Shown here: one piece after another, positions 42,512 to 53,921 of the stretch
How positions within the stretch are numbered: position 1 is the first letter of the stretch
Layout: each line of letters starts with the position of its first letter
NCBI GenBank assembly: GCA_038845975.1
Contig: JAWBQF010000010.1
Location: 12,522-76,521 of the forward strand
Direction of reading: 5' to 3'
From: Candidatus Methanomethylicia archaeon
Lineage (GTDB): Archaea; Thermoproteota; Methanomethylicia; CALHIW01
DNA: 64,000 nucleotides
Position numbers and translations under genes: made by a program
Notes under the pieces: model-generated
Told to the model about the DNA's origin: nothing
What the model saw: the letters and a program-made list of their open reading frames with translations, nothing else
The model's database searches: none

Positions 42512-43531
42512 TTAAAGCTGCGGAATTATGGAAATGCCAATAATGTACATTAACCCACATAAAACAGCAGTTACAGGTACTGTTAAAATCCAGAAGATAG
42601 CTATACTAATTGTAACAGTCTTATTGATGAGTTTTCTATTTTTAGCAATTCCAGCTCCAATAATTGATCCAACAGTAGCATAGGATGTAGATATTGGTAA
42701 GCCATATCCTATAAACATGTAGGGTATAGTTGTAAAGAGATAAACAACAAAAGCATTACTTATCTCTGCTGCAAAACCAGTTAATACGTCAAGTCTATAA
42801 ACTTCAAATGCAACTGTTTTTAAGACTCGGGGACCAATAACTAGTCCCCCAATAACGATTCCAATAGCACCATAAGTAGCTAGTAGAATCATAGTATTAT
42901 AGTCAGGTAAACGACCTAACTTCGATGCAATAGTAACATAAACACCAGTAGCATTACCAACATCATTAGCTCCGAAAGAATAGGCTGAAAAACAGAGAGA
43001 AAATATAAGAAGAACCTTAATTAGCTTCTCAAAAACTAGTGATTCCCAAATTTTACTTCTCTTAATGAATGTTTCAAGCATTTTATAAACTGTAAATGCA
43101 AGAATAAGACTACATAGAGGGGAAGAAATCCAGCTTAAGGCAATCATTGCTAAAACTTGAATATTAATGTTTAAGCCATATTTAACAAGACCATATCCTA
43201 AAATAGCGCCAATAACTGAATGTGTTGTTGATATTGGTTTACCTAGAAGAGAGCTGATTAAGATCCATATGTTAGCTGATAGAATAATAATAAAAGCTCC
43301 AAGAACATCAATTTCAGGTACTATACCTACCCCTATGGTTTTCATAACCATAAATCCTTGAAGTAAAGAGCCAATAAAAGTAAATACTGAGAAAAGTATT
43401 AGAGCTTTGCTAATTGATAATACTCCAGACCCTACAGCACAATCAGTAGGATTAACAGCATCATTCCCACCCATGTTAAATGCCATTATGAAGGACAATA
43501 CTAAGCCACAGGCAAGCAGCACTATATCCAA
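42512..43531 (-). CDS. PiT-family inorganic phosphate transporter
   Basis: GGNDAVN and GANDVGN signatures, PISTTH. Confidence 0.92.
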   Translation of the reverse strand: MDIVLLACGLVLSFIMAFNMGGNDAVNPTDCAVGSGVLSISKALILFSVFTFIGSLLQGFMVMKTIGVGIVPEIDVLGAFIIILSANIWILISSLLGKPISTTHSVIGAILGYGLVKYGLNINIQVLAMIALSWISSPLCSLILAFTVYKMLETFIKRSKIWESLVFEKLIKVLLIFSLCFSAYSFGANDVGNATGVYVTIASKLGRLPDYNTMILLATYGAIGIVIGGLVIGPRVLKTVAFEVYRLDVLTGFAAEISNAFVVYLFTTIPYMFIGYGLPISTSYATVGSIIGAGIAKNRKLINKTVTISIAIFWILTVPVTAVLCGLMYIIGISIIPQL

Positions 43532-43617
43532 CTAAGCCACCACTACAACATTATGAGAAATATTTATATAGTTTCTCTATATAATAATCATAGTCTATAT
43601 ATAATATATAGATCTAT

Positions 43618-44670
43618 ATGGAGACAAGAAAACTCGTTAAAACAGGAGGGGCAACTTACATAATTTCTCTACCTAAGGAATGGATTAGAAGACATGAATT
43701 AAGTAAGGGAGCATCTATAGGCATATATGAACAGGCAGACGGGTCACTTATACTAAGACCTTTAACATTCAACTTAAAACAAAACAATAAAGTAATGAAT
43801 TTAAAAATTATAAGTGAGAACGAGGAAGTTACATTAAGAAGCATTATTGCAGCATATATTTCAGGATATGATGTCATAAATATATTATCAAACAAGATCC
43901 CATTAAACTTTAGGCGTAAAATCAAAGAGGTTATTACTAGAAAGCTTACAGGTGTTGAAGTGATTGAGGATTCTTCAACAAAAATAACGCTTCAAGTCCT
44001 ATCACATTATGCTAGCTTCCCACTAAGAAGAGTTATAGATAGAATGGGTGCTTTAACATCATGTATGTATGATGATATTTCAAGAGCACTTACAGAAAGA
44101 GATAGAGATCTTCTCCGTGATATTATTGAGAGAGATGATGACGTTGATAGACTCTACTTCTTATCAATAAGACAGTTAACAGCAGCCATTAGGGAGCCGA
44201 ATATACTAAGTAGTTTAGAAATTAAGGATCTTCGAGAATGCTTAGAGTATCGTGTTATAGTTAGACATATCGAAAGAGCAGCTGACCATGCTACAATAGC
44301 ATCTACAAATCTATATGAAATCCTAGATTTAATTGATAAAGATATAGTTTCAAAACTAATTGAAATGGAGAATGAAGCCTGTAAGTCATTTAGGAACTCT
44401 ATATACTCTATAGTGAATACAAGTAGTAAAAGAGCAAACATAGCTTTGAGTTTAAGAGGCTTAGTGCGTGATTATGAAGTTGACTTAATAGAGAAAATAC
44501 TAACTGAAACCTCTAATGTTAAGGTAGTAGCTTACTTACGCTTAACTATTGAAAGTCTAAGAAGACTTGCAGAATATGCAGCTGGAATTGCTGAAATACT
44601 ACTTGATCTAGACATAGATACAAGAAATGAAGCAAATATACATGAACAGATTGAAGACACATTTAGTTAA
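43618..44670 (+). CDS. AbrB-PhoU phosphate uptake regulator
   Basis: RKLVKTGGATYIISLPKEW AbrB domain; RDDDVDRLY, ERAADH PhoU repeats. Confidence 0.9.
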   Translation: METRKLVKTGGATYIISLPKEWIRRHELSKGASIGIYEQADGSLILRPLTFNLKQNNKVMNLKIISENEEVTLRSIIAAYISGYDVINILSNKIPLNFRRKIKEVITRKLTGVEVIEDSSTKITLQVLSHYASFPLRRVIDRMGALTSCMYDDISRALTERDRDLLRDIIERDDDVDRLYFLSIRQLTAAIREPNILSSLEIKDLRECLEYRVIVRHIERAADHATIASTNLYEILDLIDKDIVSKLIEMENEACKSFRNSIYSIVNTSSKRANIALSLRGLVRDYEVDLIEKILTETSNVKVVAYLRLTIESLRRLAEYAAGIAEILLDLDIDTRNEANIHEQIEDTFS

Positions 44671-44709
44671 GTTTATATTTAACTGTAATACTATATACAA
44701 GATGAATTC

Positions 44710-45387
44710 ATGTCTAAATCCGGTCATGTTGCTGTATGGTTTGGTAGAAAAAGAGAGAAAGCAGTACTAGCAACTTGTGAAAAACACTATAGTAAAGTTT
44801 TAAGTGTTATTATGGAGATGAAGAAATTCATCGAGGCATACTATAGTGGCAACTTCGATGAGGTGAAGAAAAGTTTTGAAGAAATATTTAAGTTTGAAAG
44901 AGAAGCTGATGAAGTTAAGAAGAGTATAGTTACTGAACTTATGAAGGGGCCCTTTCATCCTCTAGATAGAGAGGAAATAATGAAACTTGTATTAACTGTT
45001 GATGATATAGCTGCCTATGTTAAAGCATCATCAAGAAGACTGCTTTACGTTAACCCTAAAGAAGTACCGGAAAACATTAGAAATGGATTGAAAATAATAA
45101 CATATAAGATGTGTGATGCAGCTACAATATTGAGAGATGGGCTTAATAAACTCGTATCTAAATCAGATGATGCATTAGACGCAGCTGAAAAAACTGAGAG
45201 GATTGAAGAGGAAGTTGATGATTTAAGAGTTGATCTTATAGCTGAAATACTTAAATGGGGAGATATGGTTAAAAGTATAGGTAACTGGCTAATGATTAAG
45301 GACGCTGTAGAATTCATAGAGAATGCTGTAGATAGACTTGAAGATACAGCTGATGTGATTAGAGCAATAGTAATACTAAGTACTTAA
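44710..45387 (+). CDS. DUF47 phosphate transport regulator
   Basis: EREADE, PLDREEI, DDIA, EEEVDD; next to the PiT gene. Confidence 0.88.
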   Translation: MSKSGHVAVWFGRKREKAVLATCEKHYSKVLSVIMEMKKFIEAYYSGNFDEVKKSFEEIFKFEREADEVKKSIVTELMKGPFHPLDREEIMKLVLTVDDIAAYVKASSRRLLYVNPKEVPENIRNGLKIITYKMCDAATILRDGLNKLVSKSDDALDAAEKTERIEEEVDDLRVDLIAEILKWGDMVKSIGNWLMIKDAVEFIENAVDRLEDTADVIRAIVILST

Positions 45388-46167
45388 ACTAAACAGATCT
45401 TTAACTAGCAGTTCAACACTTCTACAATCACCATCAAGGTTTAACCTTATTGGAGTTATTGAAATTACATTTTCATACTTTATAGCATAAACATCGGTTC
45501 CAGGCTCAGCATCTTTATAGTTATCTATAAGCCATGATACGATTCTATATCCATTATTAGTCTCACAATGTATATCGCAGTAGCTTACATGAGCAATTCT
45601 AGTTACTTTAACTTTAATATTATCTAGTTTTTCAGGGATATTTATAGATAATACTTGAACACCATTGGGCATGCCATTCTCTAAAATATATCTAACAATT
45701 CTTCTAGAAACATCCATTGCAACTCTAAGCTCATCAATACTAACATGATTCTTTCTACGAATATCCCTAATACAGTAGGAAATAGCAATAGCTGGAACGC
45801 CATGTATCGCAGCTTCTAAAGCAACGCCAATAGTTCCAGAGTTTAAAATATCTTCAAGCCCTATATTAGGCCCTAAATTAATACCAGCAACAACAATACT
45901 TGGTTTCCTCTTAAGAATTTTATTGGTAGCTATAAAGTATGCATCAGCAGGTGTTCCATTAATTGAGTAAGCTTTAAAACCATTAATCTCAATACTGGAT
46001 GTACGTATTAATCCTATAGATAATGCTTTACCAATACCACTACGTTCATATTCGGGAGCGACAATGACTATTTCACCAAGTTCTCTAAGAGCTTGACTTA
46101 AAGCCAATAGCCCTATACTATTAATACCATCATCATTAACTATCAGAATTGTATTCATAAGAATCAT
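45376..46167 (-). CDS. surE: 5'/3'-nucleotidase SurE
   Basis: ILIVNDDGI, GTPAD, GINLGPN, SGT; start probably ATG 46167 or 46158 rather than 46215. Confidence 0.93.
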   Translation of the reverse strand: MILMNTILIVNDDGINSIGLLALSQALRELGEIVIVAPEYERSGIGKALSIGLIRTSSIEINGFKAYSINGTPADAYFIATNKILKRKPSIVVAGINLGPNIGLEDILNSGTIGVALEAAIHGVPAIAISYCIRDIRRKNHVSIDELRVAMDVSRRIVRYILENGMPNGVQVLSINIPEKLDNIKVKVTRIAHVSYCDIHCETNNGYRIVSWLIDNYKDAEPGTDVYAIKYENVISITPIRLNLDGDCRSVELLVKDLFSLST

Positions 46168-46402
46168 AGAGTCATAAGATTTATAAAAATTTATATCTGT
46201 GGTAATAAAAATCAAGTGTCTTGAAGTATGTGAAGAATATTAATTCTATTTTCATATTTTAGTGAATGACATTATATAGCCTTAATTAAAAATAGAATTA
46301 GTAATTTTAATGAGGATAATAAGGAATATGATTATATACTTAATATTGTTGATGCAAGAGCTTAAATAGTAAAATGTTTAAGTCCTTTAGATTAGAAGAC
46401 TT

Positions 46403-47053
46403 ATGAAGCCTTACGTCATCTTATGTGCTGCTGAAACAATTGATGGTAAGATTGCTAGTAAAACAGGTTTTTCTAAGTTTTCATGTTTACAAGATCTTAA
46501 AAGGCTTCATATATTAAGGGCTAATGTCGATGCTGTACTTGTAGGGGCAAATACAATTATTAATGATAACCCCTTATTAACAGTAAGACTTATTGATGGA
46601 AGAAATCCTATAAGAATCGTTATAGATGAATTACTGAGAATACCGTTAAACGCAAATGTAATCATTGATAGATCAGCTAAAACAATAGTTGTTACCTCAA
46701 ATAAAGCCTTAAAAGAAAAAATAAGTAAAATACGTAGTATGGATGTCGAAGTATTAATCATGGGAGAAAGCATTAACCTTAAGAACTTAATGGAAAAACT
46801 GTATGAGAATGGGATAAGAAAAATACTTCTTGAAGGTGGGGGCATATTGAACTGGTATATGCTTTATCATAAACTTGTTGATGAACTTCACATAACTATA
46901 ACTCCATACATTCTAGGTGGAGATAATGCAATATCGCTAGTAAGAGGGGAGGGATTTAGCAATCTAGATGACTGTATAAAAGCTAAATTAATAGACTATA
47001 AGATATGTAGTTGTGGAGGGGAAATAGTATTAATTTATAAAGTTATGTATTAG
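46403..47053 (+). CDS. RibD-C/Rib7-type pyrimidine nucleotide reductase
   Basis: DGKIA, DAVLVGANT..DNPLLT, LLEGGG. Confidence 0.88.
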   Translation: MKPYVILCAAETIDGKIASKTGFSKFSCLQDLKRLHILRANVDAVLVGANTIINDNPLLTVRLIDGRNPIRIVIDELLRIPLNANVIIDRSAKTIVVTSNKALKEKISKIRSMDVEVLIMGESINLKNLMEKLYENGIRKILLEGGGILNWYMLYHKLVDELHITITPYILGGDNAISLVRGEGFSNLDDCIKAKLIDYKICSCGGEIVLIYKVMY

Positions 47054-47964
47054 AAAGCCATGGGTTCACCATCCAAGAATACTAGTGGTTTATTTATATC
47101 ATTAATGAAATGAAACTTAATTACTAAATTGATATCTTTATACAATCTTGATATTTCTAATAGTAAATCCTCATAAAATTTAACATAATTAACTGTGAAA
47201 CATTTAGGTAAACATACGTTAACAACAACATTTGGATGCTTATTACTAATATTGTAGAGAATATTAGAATACTTTAATGCATATAATTTAGATGCTAAAA
47301 CAACCTCTTTAGATGTTAGCGGTGTCTTAATAAGCTTAACATTAAATACTCTAGAAAACCAATAAATAATTTCTTTCTTAAACATATCTATATCTAACCA
47401 TTCTCCAGCTAAACTGGAGATATTAACTACTGGATATTTAATATTAATGAGGGATTTATATAAATTACTTAAGTTTGCATCAAATAAAATTGAACTATGA
47501 ACTAATAATGTATTCTGTGACCGGTACTGAGCAAAGCCAGCAATCTTGAAGTTATCAGTAAAGACACTATTAGAAGCCTTAAACTCCACATTAATACCTA
47601 GATCTCTAAGCAAATTTACCAATGGCTTAGCAGCAACTTTATATGCATATTCAACATTCATAAACTCTTTATATTTCTCAATATTAACAACTAGACTGAT
47701 ATTAATTACCCCCATATCATGATATACTGCACCACCGCCTGAAAGTCTTCTAACAATCTCTATACCCGTGATTTTACAGAACTCTAAATTAACCTCACGC
47801 ATAACATTCTGTGAATAGCTAATAATAACTGATGGATTGTTACGCCATAACCATAAAACACCGTCATAACCACCATTTTTAAATAATCTAAAAACTGATT
47901 CCTCAATACTAAGATTAAGCCTAGGATTAAAGCATTCATAATTTAATAATCTCCATAAAACCAT
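47050..47964 (-). CDS. Lipoate-protein ligase A family protein
   Basis: VRRLSGGGAVYHD, KIAGFAQ, VHSSIL. Confidence 0.85.
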   Translation of the reverse strand: MVLWRLLNYECFNPRLNLSIEESVFRLFKNGGYDGVLWLWRNNPSVIISYSQNVMREVNLEFCKITGIEIVRRLSGGGAVYHDMGVINISLVVNIEKYKEFMNVEYAYKVAAKPLVNLLRDLGINVEFKASNSVFTDNFKIAGFAQYRSQNTLLVHSSILFDANLSNLYKSLINIKYPVVNISSLAGEWLDIDMFKKEIIYWFSRVFNVKLIKTPLTSKEVVLASKLYALKYSNILYNISNKHPNVVVNVCLPKCFTVNYVKFYEDLLLEISRLYKDINLVIKFHFINDINKPLVFLDGEPMAF

Positions 47965-48460
47965 ATTTACCCTACAAGTCTAATCAAACCCCCAATAATA
48001 TATTATACTAATAATTTAAGGCTTAACTTAATTCTTAAAAGTGTAAAAGCATTACTAAATATTCTCCGGAAATTGGTTTAAGTTTACTTGTTCTGAGAAC
48101 TTACTTTAATAAATCTAGCAGCCATGTCTATGTATAGCTTTAGCTAAATACTATATAAGTATTAAATTCATCTAAGCTTAAAGGCCTCTACTAAATACTT
48201 AATTATACCGTAAAGACTTGTGAAGAGCGTAAAATTAATCCTATTAAACCGTTATAAACTTAGGCCTTTTATTGTCTTTCGAATTGTTAATAGCTGAAAA
48301 TGTAACTTGAAGAATAGATAAAATTCATATTCTTTAAAATATTGATCAGCATCTTTCCTTACGGAGTCTTCCAGCTCCATCTATGATGATATTAATTAGC
48401 GTAACTTATAAGTGATATATTATAATAAGCTTTATTAAGGAAATTAATAATATTTTTAGT

Positions 48461-48961
48461 ATGTGGAATATTCTTAGTGAACGATTCCAAAATGATCCGG
48501 CGAAAATGAGGGTTGCAAGACTTGTTATTGAGCTTGGATTAAGAGTTTATGGTGGGGAAGTTTATATTGGTCCATTAAAGGTTACCTTAACATCAATAGC
48601 TAAAGCATTAAATGTTGATCGAAAAACTGTAAGAGAAGCTGTGAAAATACTTTCAACTGATGAAAAACTTGGACCAATACTTAGTAAAATTAGATCAGCA
48701 GGCGCATTCCTAAATGAAGCTTCAAAAATTTTAGGGTATACACTAGTTATAGTTGAGGCGGATTCGCATATGCCGGGTATTATTGCAGGAATCACTAAGA
48801 TTATTGCTGATGCAGGTAGAAGCATAAGACAGATTATGGCTGAGGATCCTGATTTATTTCCTGAACCTAAACTTTACATAGTCATAGATGGAAAGATTCA
48901 GGAGGATCTAATTTCAGAGATGCTTAAAGTTCGAGGGGTGAAGAAGGTATCTATTTCATAA
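48461..48961 (+). CDS. HTH-ACT amino-acid-binding regulator
   Basis: IAKALNVDRKTV HTH; PGIIAGI..SIRQIMAEDP ACT domain. Confidence 0.82.
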   Translation: MWNILSERFQNDPAKMRVARLVIELGLRVYGGEVYIGPLKVTLTSIAKALNVDRKTVREAVKILSTDEKLGPILSKIRSAGAFLNEASKILGYTLVIVEADSHMPGIIAGITKIIADAGRSIRQIMAEDPDLFPEPKLYIVIDGKIQEDLISEMLKVRGVKKVSIS

Positions 48962-49059
48962 TATCTAGCCTTAATTCAAATTTAAGAAACTAATATAGAA
49001 CTCTCTAGGCTTTAAGTAAACTTTTTATTATTTTAGATCAAGTATATTGTGGTGATTAT

Positions 49060-49497
49060 ATGAGGTTCTATGAGGATTTTAATATTGGCGATTTCTTTGA
49101 AACCCCTAGAAGAACCATTACTGAGGCAGATATAGTAAACTTTGCAGGAATTAGTGGTGATTTTAACCCACTTCATATTGATGAGGTATTTGCTAAACAA
49201 ACAATATTTGGGAGAAGAGTTGCTCATGGATTACTAACTCTAGCTGTTACTTCAGGACTTTGGATGAGACTTGGCTTTTTTGAGGGAAGCGTTATAGCTT
49301 TTTACGGTATTGATAATCTTAGATTTGTAAAACCTGTATTTGCAGGAGACACTATTATGGCTAGGATTAAGGTTATTGAGAAAATTGAAAAGGGAAATTA
49401 TGGTATTGTAACTTTTAGTAATGAAGTTTATAATCAACGTGAAGAACTGGTACTTACATTTCAAGCAAAACTTTTATTGAAGAAAAAACAATTATAA
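49060..49497 (+). CDS. MaoC-like dehydratase
   Basis: FAGISGDFNPLH, VAHG, RFVKPVFAGDT. Confidence 0.92.
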   Translation: MRFYEDFNIGDFFETPRRTITEADIVNFAGISGDFNPLHIDEVFAKQTIFGRRVAHGLLTLAVTSGLWMRLGFFEGSVIAFYGIDNLRFVKPVFAGDTIMARIKVIEKIEKGNYGIVTFSNEVYNQREELVLTFQAKLLLKKKQL

Positions 49498-49721
49498 GTA
49501 CTGTATGGCTGTGAGCTTAAGCCTTATTAAGGTCTTCTCATCTTATTTATGATGACGATATATGCTGTAAAGAATTGAGCTTCATAAGGATTTTAGCACA
49601 TTTCAAACATAATCCATGATGAAAATAACACTTTACACATACTTTTCTCCCACATCGTCTACAAGTATAGCTTGCTGTTTTAAGCATGCATATAGAGCAG
49701 ATACTTAATAAATTTGCCATG

Positions 49722-50519
49722 TTAGCTGGTTTTTAATCTACTTATTATTTCCTCAGCCACCTTCCTTCCTGAAAGCAACATAGATCCAAATATTGGACCC
49801 ATACGCGGAGCTTGTTTTAAAGCTGCTACAGCCATACCTGCAACGTATAGTCCAGGAGCAACCATTCCGGTATTGTATAGTACTTGACGCTCACCTTCAC
49901 TAGCCCACATAGACTTTTCACCTTTAATTTCAAGTTCAAGTTCAGGTATTTTCCTTGAAACAATAGCTAATACTTCAGCATCATGTCCTGTTGCATCCAC
50001 AACCGCTCTACATCGTATAGCTAGAGGATCAACATGTAATCCAGACATTGTTACAGCAGTCCATTGGAGCACAACTCCAACTATTTGTGCTCCATATCCA
50101 CTATGTCTATACACTACATCATCTACAGTTACTCCAAGAAGTATTTTAGCTCCGGCATCTATAGCTGCTGATGCGAGTTTTGCTATGAGTTCAGCAGAGT
50201 CAACAACATAAATACCGTTTTCAACCTCCTCATAGTGACATTTTATCTCTTTAATTATTTCGTCAGCTGGACTTTCAACGATGACCTTATGGAAAAGCAT
50301 TCCTCCACCTCCTATTCCACCTCCGAAGGATAATTTCCTCTCTATAAGGAGTGTTTTTAAGCCTGCCTGCGCAAGATATTTTGCAGCTGATAATCCAGCA
50401 GGTCCAGCTCCAACAATCACTACATCCCGCTCAGTAAAATCTATCCAGTCTTCAATAGATTTCCTTAAGATATATCTTGTAACAACCTCTTCAGTAACTT
50501 CTTTTACACCCATAATCAC
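49722..50519 (-). CDS. thi4: Sulfide-dependent thiazole synthase
   Basis: [20 protein letters not shown] (His in place of the suicide Cys), PRMGPIFG; ATG start possibly 50513. Confidence 0.93.
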   Translation of the reverse strand: MIMGVKEVTEEVVTRYILRKSIEDWIDFTERDVVIVGAGPAGLSAAKYLAQAGLKTLLIERKLSFGGGIGGGGMLFHKVIVESPADEIIKEIKCHYEEVENGIYVVDSAELIAKLASAAIDAGAKILLGVTVDDVVYRHSGYGAQIVGVVLQWTAVTMSGLHVDPLAIRCRAVVDATGHDAEVLAIVSRKIPELELEIKGEKSMWASEGERQVLYNTGMVAPGLYVAGMAVAALKQAPRMGPIFGSMLLSGRKVAEEIISRLKTS

Positions 50520-50572
50520 TGCTATAAGATTAAAAATATTTAAACTTTAAGTTTTATATTAGATGTTTAAGT

Positions 50573-51634
50573 ATGGATTTATTTATTAAAACTCAGAAAG
50601 GACTTGAGGAAGTAGCCGCATCCCATATTATTGATGTTTTAGGTAATGTTAAAGTAGTTACTAAGCCAAATGGATTTTTAGGTATTATATTAGCGGATGA
50701 TGTAGATGATAAATATAATGCTGTAAAAATCATTAATGAAAACATTCCAGAAGTAGAGTATGCTTATCCTATTGAGGCTGAAGTAAAATCAGTACTTGAA
50801 GAAATAGTTAATACATCAGTTAGAATAGCTAAGGAAAGAATTGTTAAGAATGAAAGCTTTGCTATAAGAACAACTCGAAGAGGTAAACATAATTTTTCAA
50901 GTATAGATGTTAATATAAAAGCTGGAGCTTTAATAAGAGAAGCTGTAGGATCCGATGTTGACCTTACAAGTCCAGATAAGATAGTATACATTGAGATATT
51001 GGGAGACAAAACCTATATAATGATTGGAAGTGGAAGAGAGTTTGAGGAGTTTAAGAAGAGAAAACATGGAAAGAAACCTATATTGGAATTTCTACGTAGA
51101 TTATCCATTGTTCAAATACCCTATACAGGACCTCTTAACGCTGTATATGCAATGGGAGTTAGAATTGGAAGAGCTGTACAAACATTTGAAGTTAATGAAT
51201 TAGTAGTATCACCTAAGGAAAAGATATCGGCAGATGAAGTGGATACATTTATTAAGGGAGTATTTGAAGGTATAAAATCCCGTTATGAAGTACAGCAGAG
51301 AACTTATAGAAGAGAAGTACATAAAGTACCAGTATATATTCAGGATCTATATCAGTTAGTTAGAGAACGACGTAATGAATATCTAATTTCAACCTCAACA
51401 AGAGGATATGTAATAAGTAGGATTTCAAACATAATTGATGAGGCAGTAAAAAGCGGTAAGAAAATAAGCATTCTCATAGGGGCAAGAGAGGGATTACCTA
51501 CAGGTGTACTTAGACTTTCAAGAGCTGTACTAGATTTAAGTCCTGGAGTTACAATATCAACTGATTTTGCATGTGTAGCCGCATTAATAGCCTTTATAAC
51601 ACATATAGAGGAAAAAACTCATAATGAAATGTGA
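50573..51634 (+). CDS. THUMP-SPOUT RNA methyltransferase
   Basis: THUMP (SFAIRTTRRGKH..VDLTSPD); SPOUT (IGAREGLP..DLSPGVTISTD). Confidence 0.85.
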   Translation: MDLFIKTQKGLEEVAASHIIDVLGNVKVVTKPNGFLGIILADDVDDKYNAVKIINENIPEVEYAYPIEAEVKSVLEEIVNTSVRIAKERIVKNESFAIRTTRRGKHNFSSIDVNIKAGALIREAVGSDVDLTSPDKIVYIEILGDKTYIMIGSGREFEEFKKRKHGKKPILEFLRRLSIVQIPYTGPLNAVYAMGVRIGRAVQTFEVNELVVSPKEKISADEVDTFIKGVFEGIKSRYEVQQRTYRREVHKVPVYIQDLYQLVRERRNEYLISTSTRGYVISRISNIIDEAVKSGKKISILIGAREGLPTGVLRLSRAVLDLSPGVTISTDFACVAALIAFITHIEEKTHNEM

Positions 51635-51676
51635 TAATAGATATGTATAACTACACTAGTATTATTGGCATGTAAA

Positions 51677-52399
51677 GGCTTTGTCAACTTGAACATGTTT
51701 TATCACTCTATTTTGGTGTGTTTGTTTCTATGAATTCTTTAGCTTTCATTTTTTCATTAATTCATGTTTGTTAGCTATATTATTGATTTTATAAGCATTA
51801 ATACATGTTCACTACCACATCTATCCTTCATACATGGTATGTAGTTATCGAATACTCTAGTTCTATCCTTAATATACTGTATTATTCCCTCCATTAAGTT
51901 CCTAACCTCCAAACTATACAATTCATGTTTTAATTTTAATATTCTCATGATGCTTTATAATAATGAGCACCATCACTTAATACAACTATATTTGAACTAT
52001 AGATAGCTTTAATCTTTTAAGGAATGCTAATGATGTAAGCATGTTGCAACATTACAAACTCATATGTAAAGAATTCTCCTCAGAAATGGCTCAAAACAAC
52101 ATAAACAATCTCCTCATAGAACCCACATTTATAATAGTATCATCAACCATAAATTCTAACATCTCTCCTATCAATCAATAAAAGCTTAAGATAAACCATG
52201 ATAATATAGATACGTGACTCCTAACAATAATGAAACTTAAAATATTTGAAGTCATCCTTAATGAACATGAACGAAAATATATAAGCAATAAACAACTAGA
52301 ATAAATAGAGTTCTCTCCTTACAAACCTAATAACCTTAGGCATACCATCACCATAAATAAGGAAGAGAAAACCCAAATAAAGCTAAAGTTAACAAAGCC
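51677..52399 (-). mobile_element. IS6-family element (family A), transposase pseudogenised
   Basis: TIRs GGCTTTGTCAACTT/AAGTTAACAAAGCC, perfect 8-bp DR CATGTAAA, collinear with 20655-21384. Confidence 0.88.
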
Positions 52400-52448
52400 C
52401 ATGTAAATGAGAATAAATATATATTGGAGTTATTTTAATTAATGCTAT

Positions 52449-53921
52449 ATGGCTACTAATTATGGTTCAATCGCTAAGGAAATAGCTGATATTATTGGTG
52501 CTGATAAGGTTTTTACTGAAGTCCATGAACGTATAGCTTACAGTAGGGATTGGAGTGTTAGACCCTTTAATGAGTTAAGTCTCCCTGATATTGTTGTCCG
52601 TCCTACATCAACTGAGGAGGTGGCTGCAACTGTAAGAATAGCGTATAAACATGGAGTACCAGTTATACCATGTGGTGGGTTAACTGGAATGGCTGGTGGA
52701 GCTGTTCCAACATTTGGAGGTATTATGATTGATACGCGCGGTATGAATAAAATTTTAGAGCTTGATACTGATAACTTAACAGTTACTGTTCAAGCCGGAA
52801 TAACAATATTTAAGCTTAATAGTGAACTTGAAAAATATGGTTTATGGTTTCCCCATGATCCTGAAAGCAAACAAGCAGCAACAGTTGGGGCATCTATAGC
52901 TACTAGAAACGATTCAACATTTGGTATTAAATATGGTAAAATTGAACAGGCAGTTATAGGCTTAATTTTGGTCGATGGTACTGGTGAAGTAGTTAGACTT
53001 GGACAAAGAAAAACTTTAATATCTTCGTCAGGATATAGATTACACTGGCTTCTAGTAGGGTCTGAGGGAACGCTTGGCATAATAACTGAGGCAACACTTA
53101 GAATATTTCCTAAGCCTAAGGATAGATGTGTAGATATGATAGCATTTAAAACATTTGCTGATGCCGTTAAAGCAGTTAACAGAATAATTCAGGCAGGATT
53201 ATCTATTGAATCTGTAAATATTATGTGTAGTAGTAGATTTCAGTATTATACTCATGCATATAAGGTTAAATATGGAAAGGAAGCAAAAGTCCCTCCTGAA
53301 ACAAAGGCTATATTATGTGTAACATTTAACGGCGACGATGAAGTTGTAAACTTCTCAAGAAACTACACTTTGAAAATATGTAAGGAAATAGGGGGAAAAG
53401 TTATTGAAGAGGGGGAAATTGTTAATGCATGGTGGACAAGTAAACACACATTAAATTTTGAACCTGGAAAGCAAAAATGGCCTGACAGTCAAAGAGTTGA
53501 GAGATTTGGAGCAGCTGATGCAAGCATACCTATGGGGAAACTTGATGAGGCATACGAGAAGTTTAAGGAAGTAGCGTTAAAAAATGGTTTGAAGATTTTA
53601 GGCATGAATGTTTATGTTCAAGCCCCATATAGCCTACATACAAGCGTTAGCTTTGCGGTTTATGTTAATGATAAAGACTTAGATAATATTAAAAGATTTT
53701 ACAACTATGTAAAAGAAATAGGATTATATGCATTATCCATTGGAGGATCCTCAACAAGCTATCAGGGTGATGGGGAAAAATATGCTGGAACTCTATGTGA
53801 AATCGAGCATAAAGACTCCTTAAAGCTAATATCATCAGTAAAAAGCATATTTGATCCTAAACATATTATGAACCCAGGTAAAAAATTTGGGCCATCAAAA
53901 TGGATTAAAGTAGGTGGCTAA
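52449..53921 (+). CDS. FAD-linked oxidoreductase (GlcD / D-lactate dehydrogenase-like)
   Basis: PDIVVRP, GGLTGMAGG, DPES..ATVG, GSEGTLGII, FDPKHIMNPGK. Confidence 0.9.
   Translation: MATNYGSIAKEIADIIGADKVFTEVHERIAYSRDWSVRPFNELSLPDIVVRPTSTEEVAATVRIAYKHGVPVIPCGGLTGMAGGAVPTFGGIMIDTRGMNKILELDTDNLTVTVQAGITIFKLNSELEKYGLWFPHDPESKQAATVGASIATRNDSTFGIKYGKIEQAVIGLILVDGTGEVVRLGQRKTLISSSGYRLHWLLVGSEGTLGIITEATLRIFPKPKDRCVDMIAFKTFADAVKAVNRIIQAGLSIESVNIMCSSRFQYYTHAYKVKYGKEAKVPPETKAILCVTFNGDDEVVNFSRNYTLKICKEIGGKVIEEGEIVNAWWTSKHTLNFEPGKQKWPDSQRVERFGAADASIPMGKLDEAYEKFKEVALKNGLKILGMNVYVQAPYSLHTSVSFAVYVNDKDLDNIKRFYNYVKEIGLYALSIGGSSTSYQGDGEKYAGTLCEIEHKDSLKLISSVKSIFDPKHIMNPGKKFGPSKWIKVGG

Noticed and set aside
49549-49680. 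Two ATGATGA motifs as C/D sRNAs (also near 42285, 57926, 63885)
   Set aside because: No CTGA D box at a suitable distance
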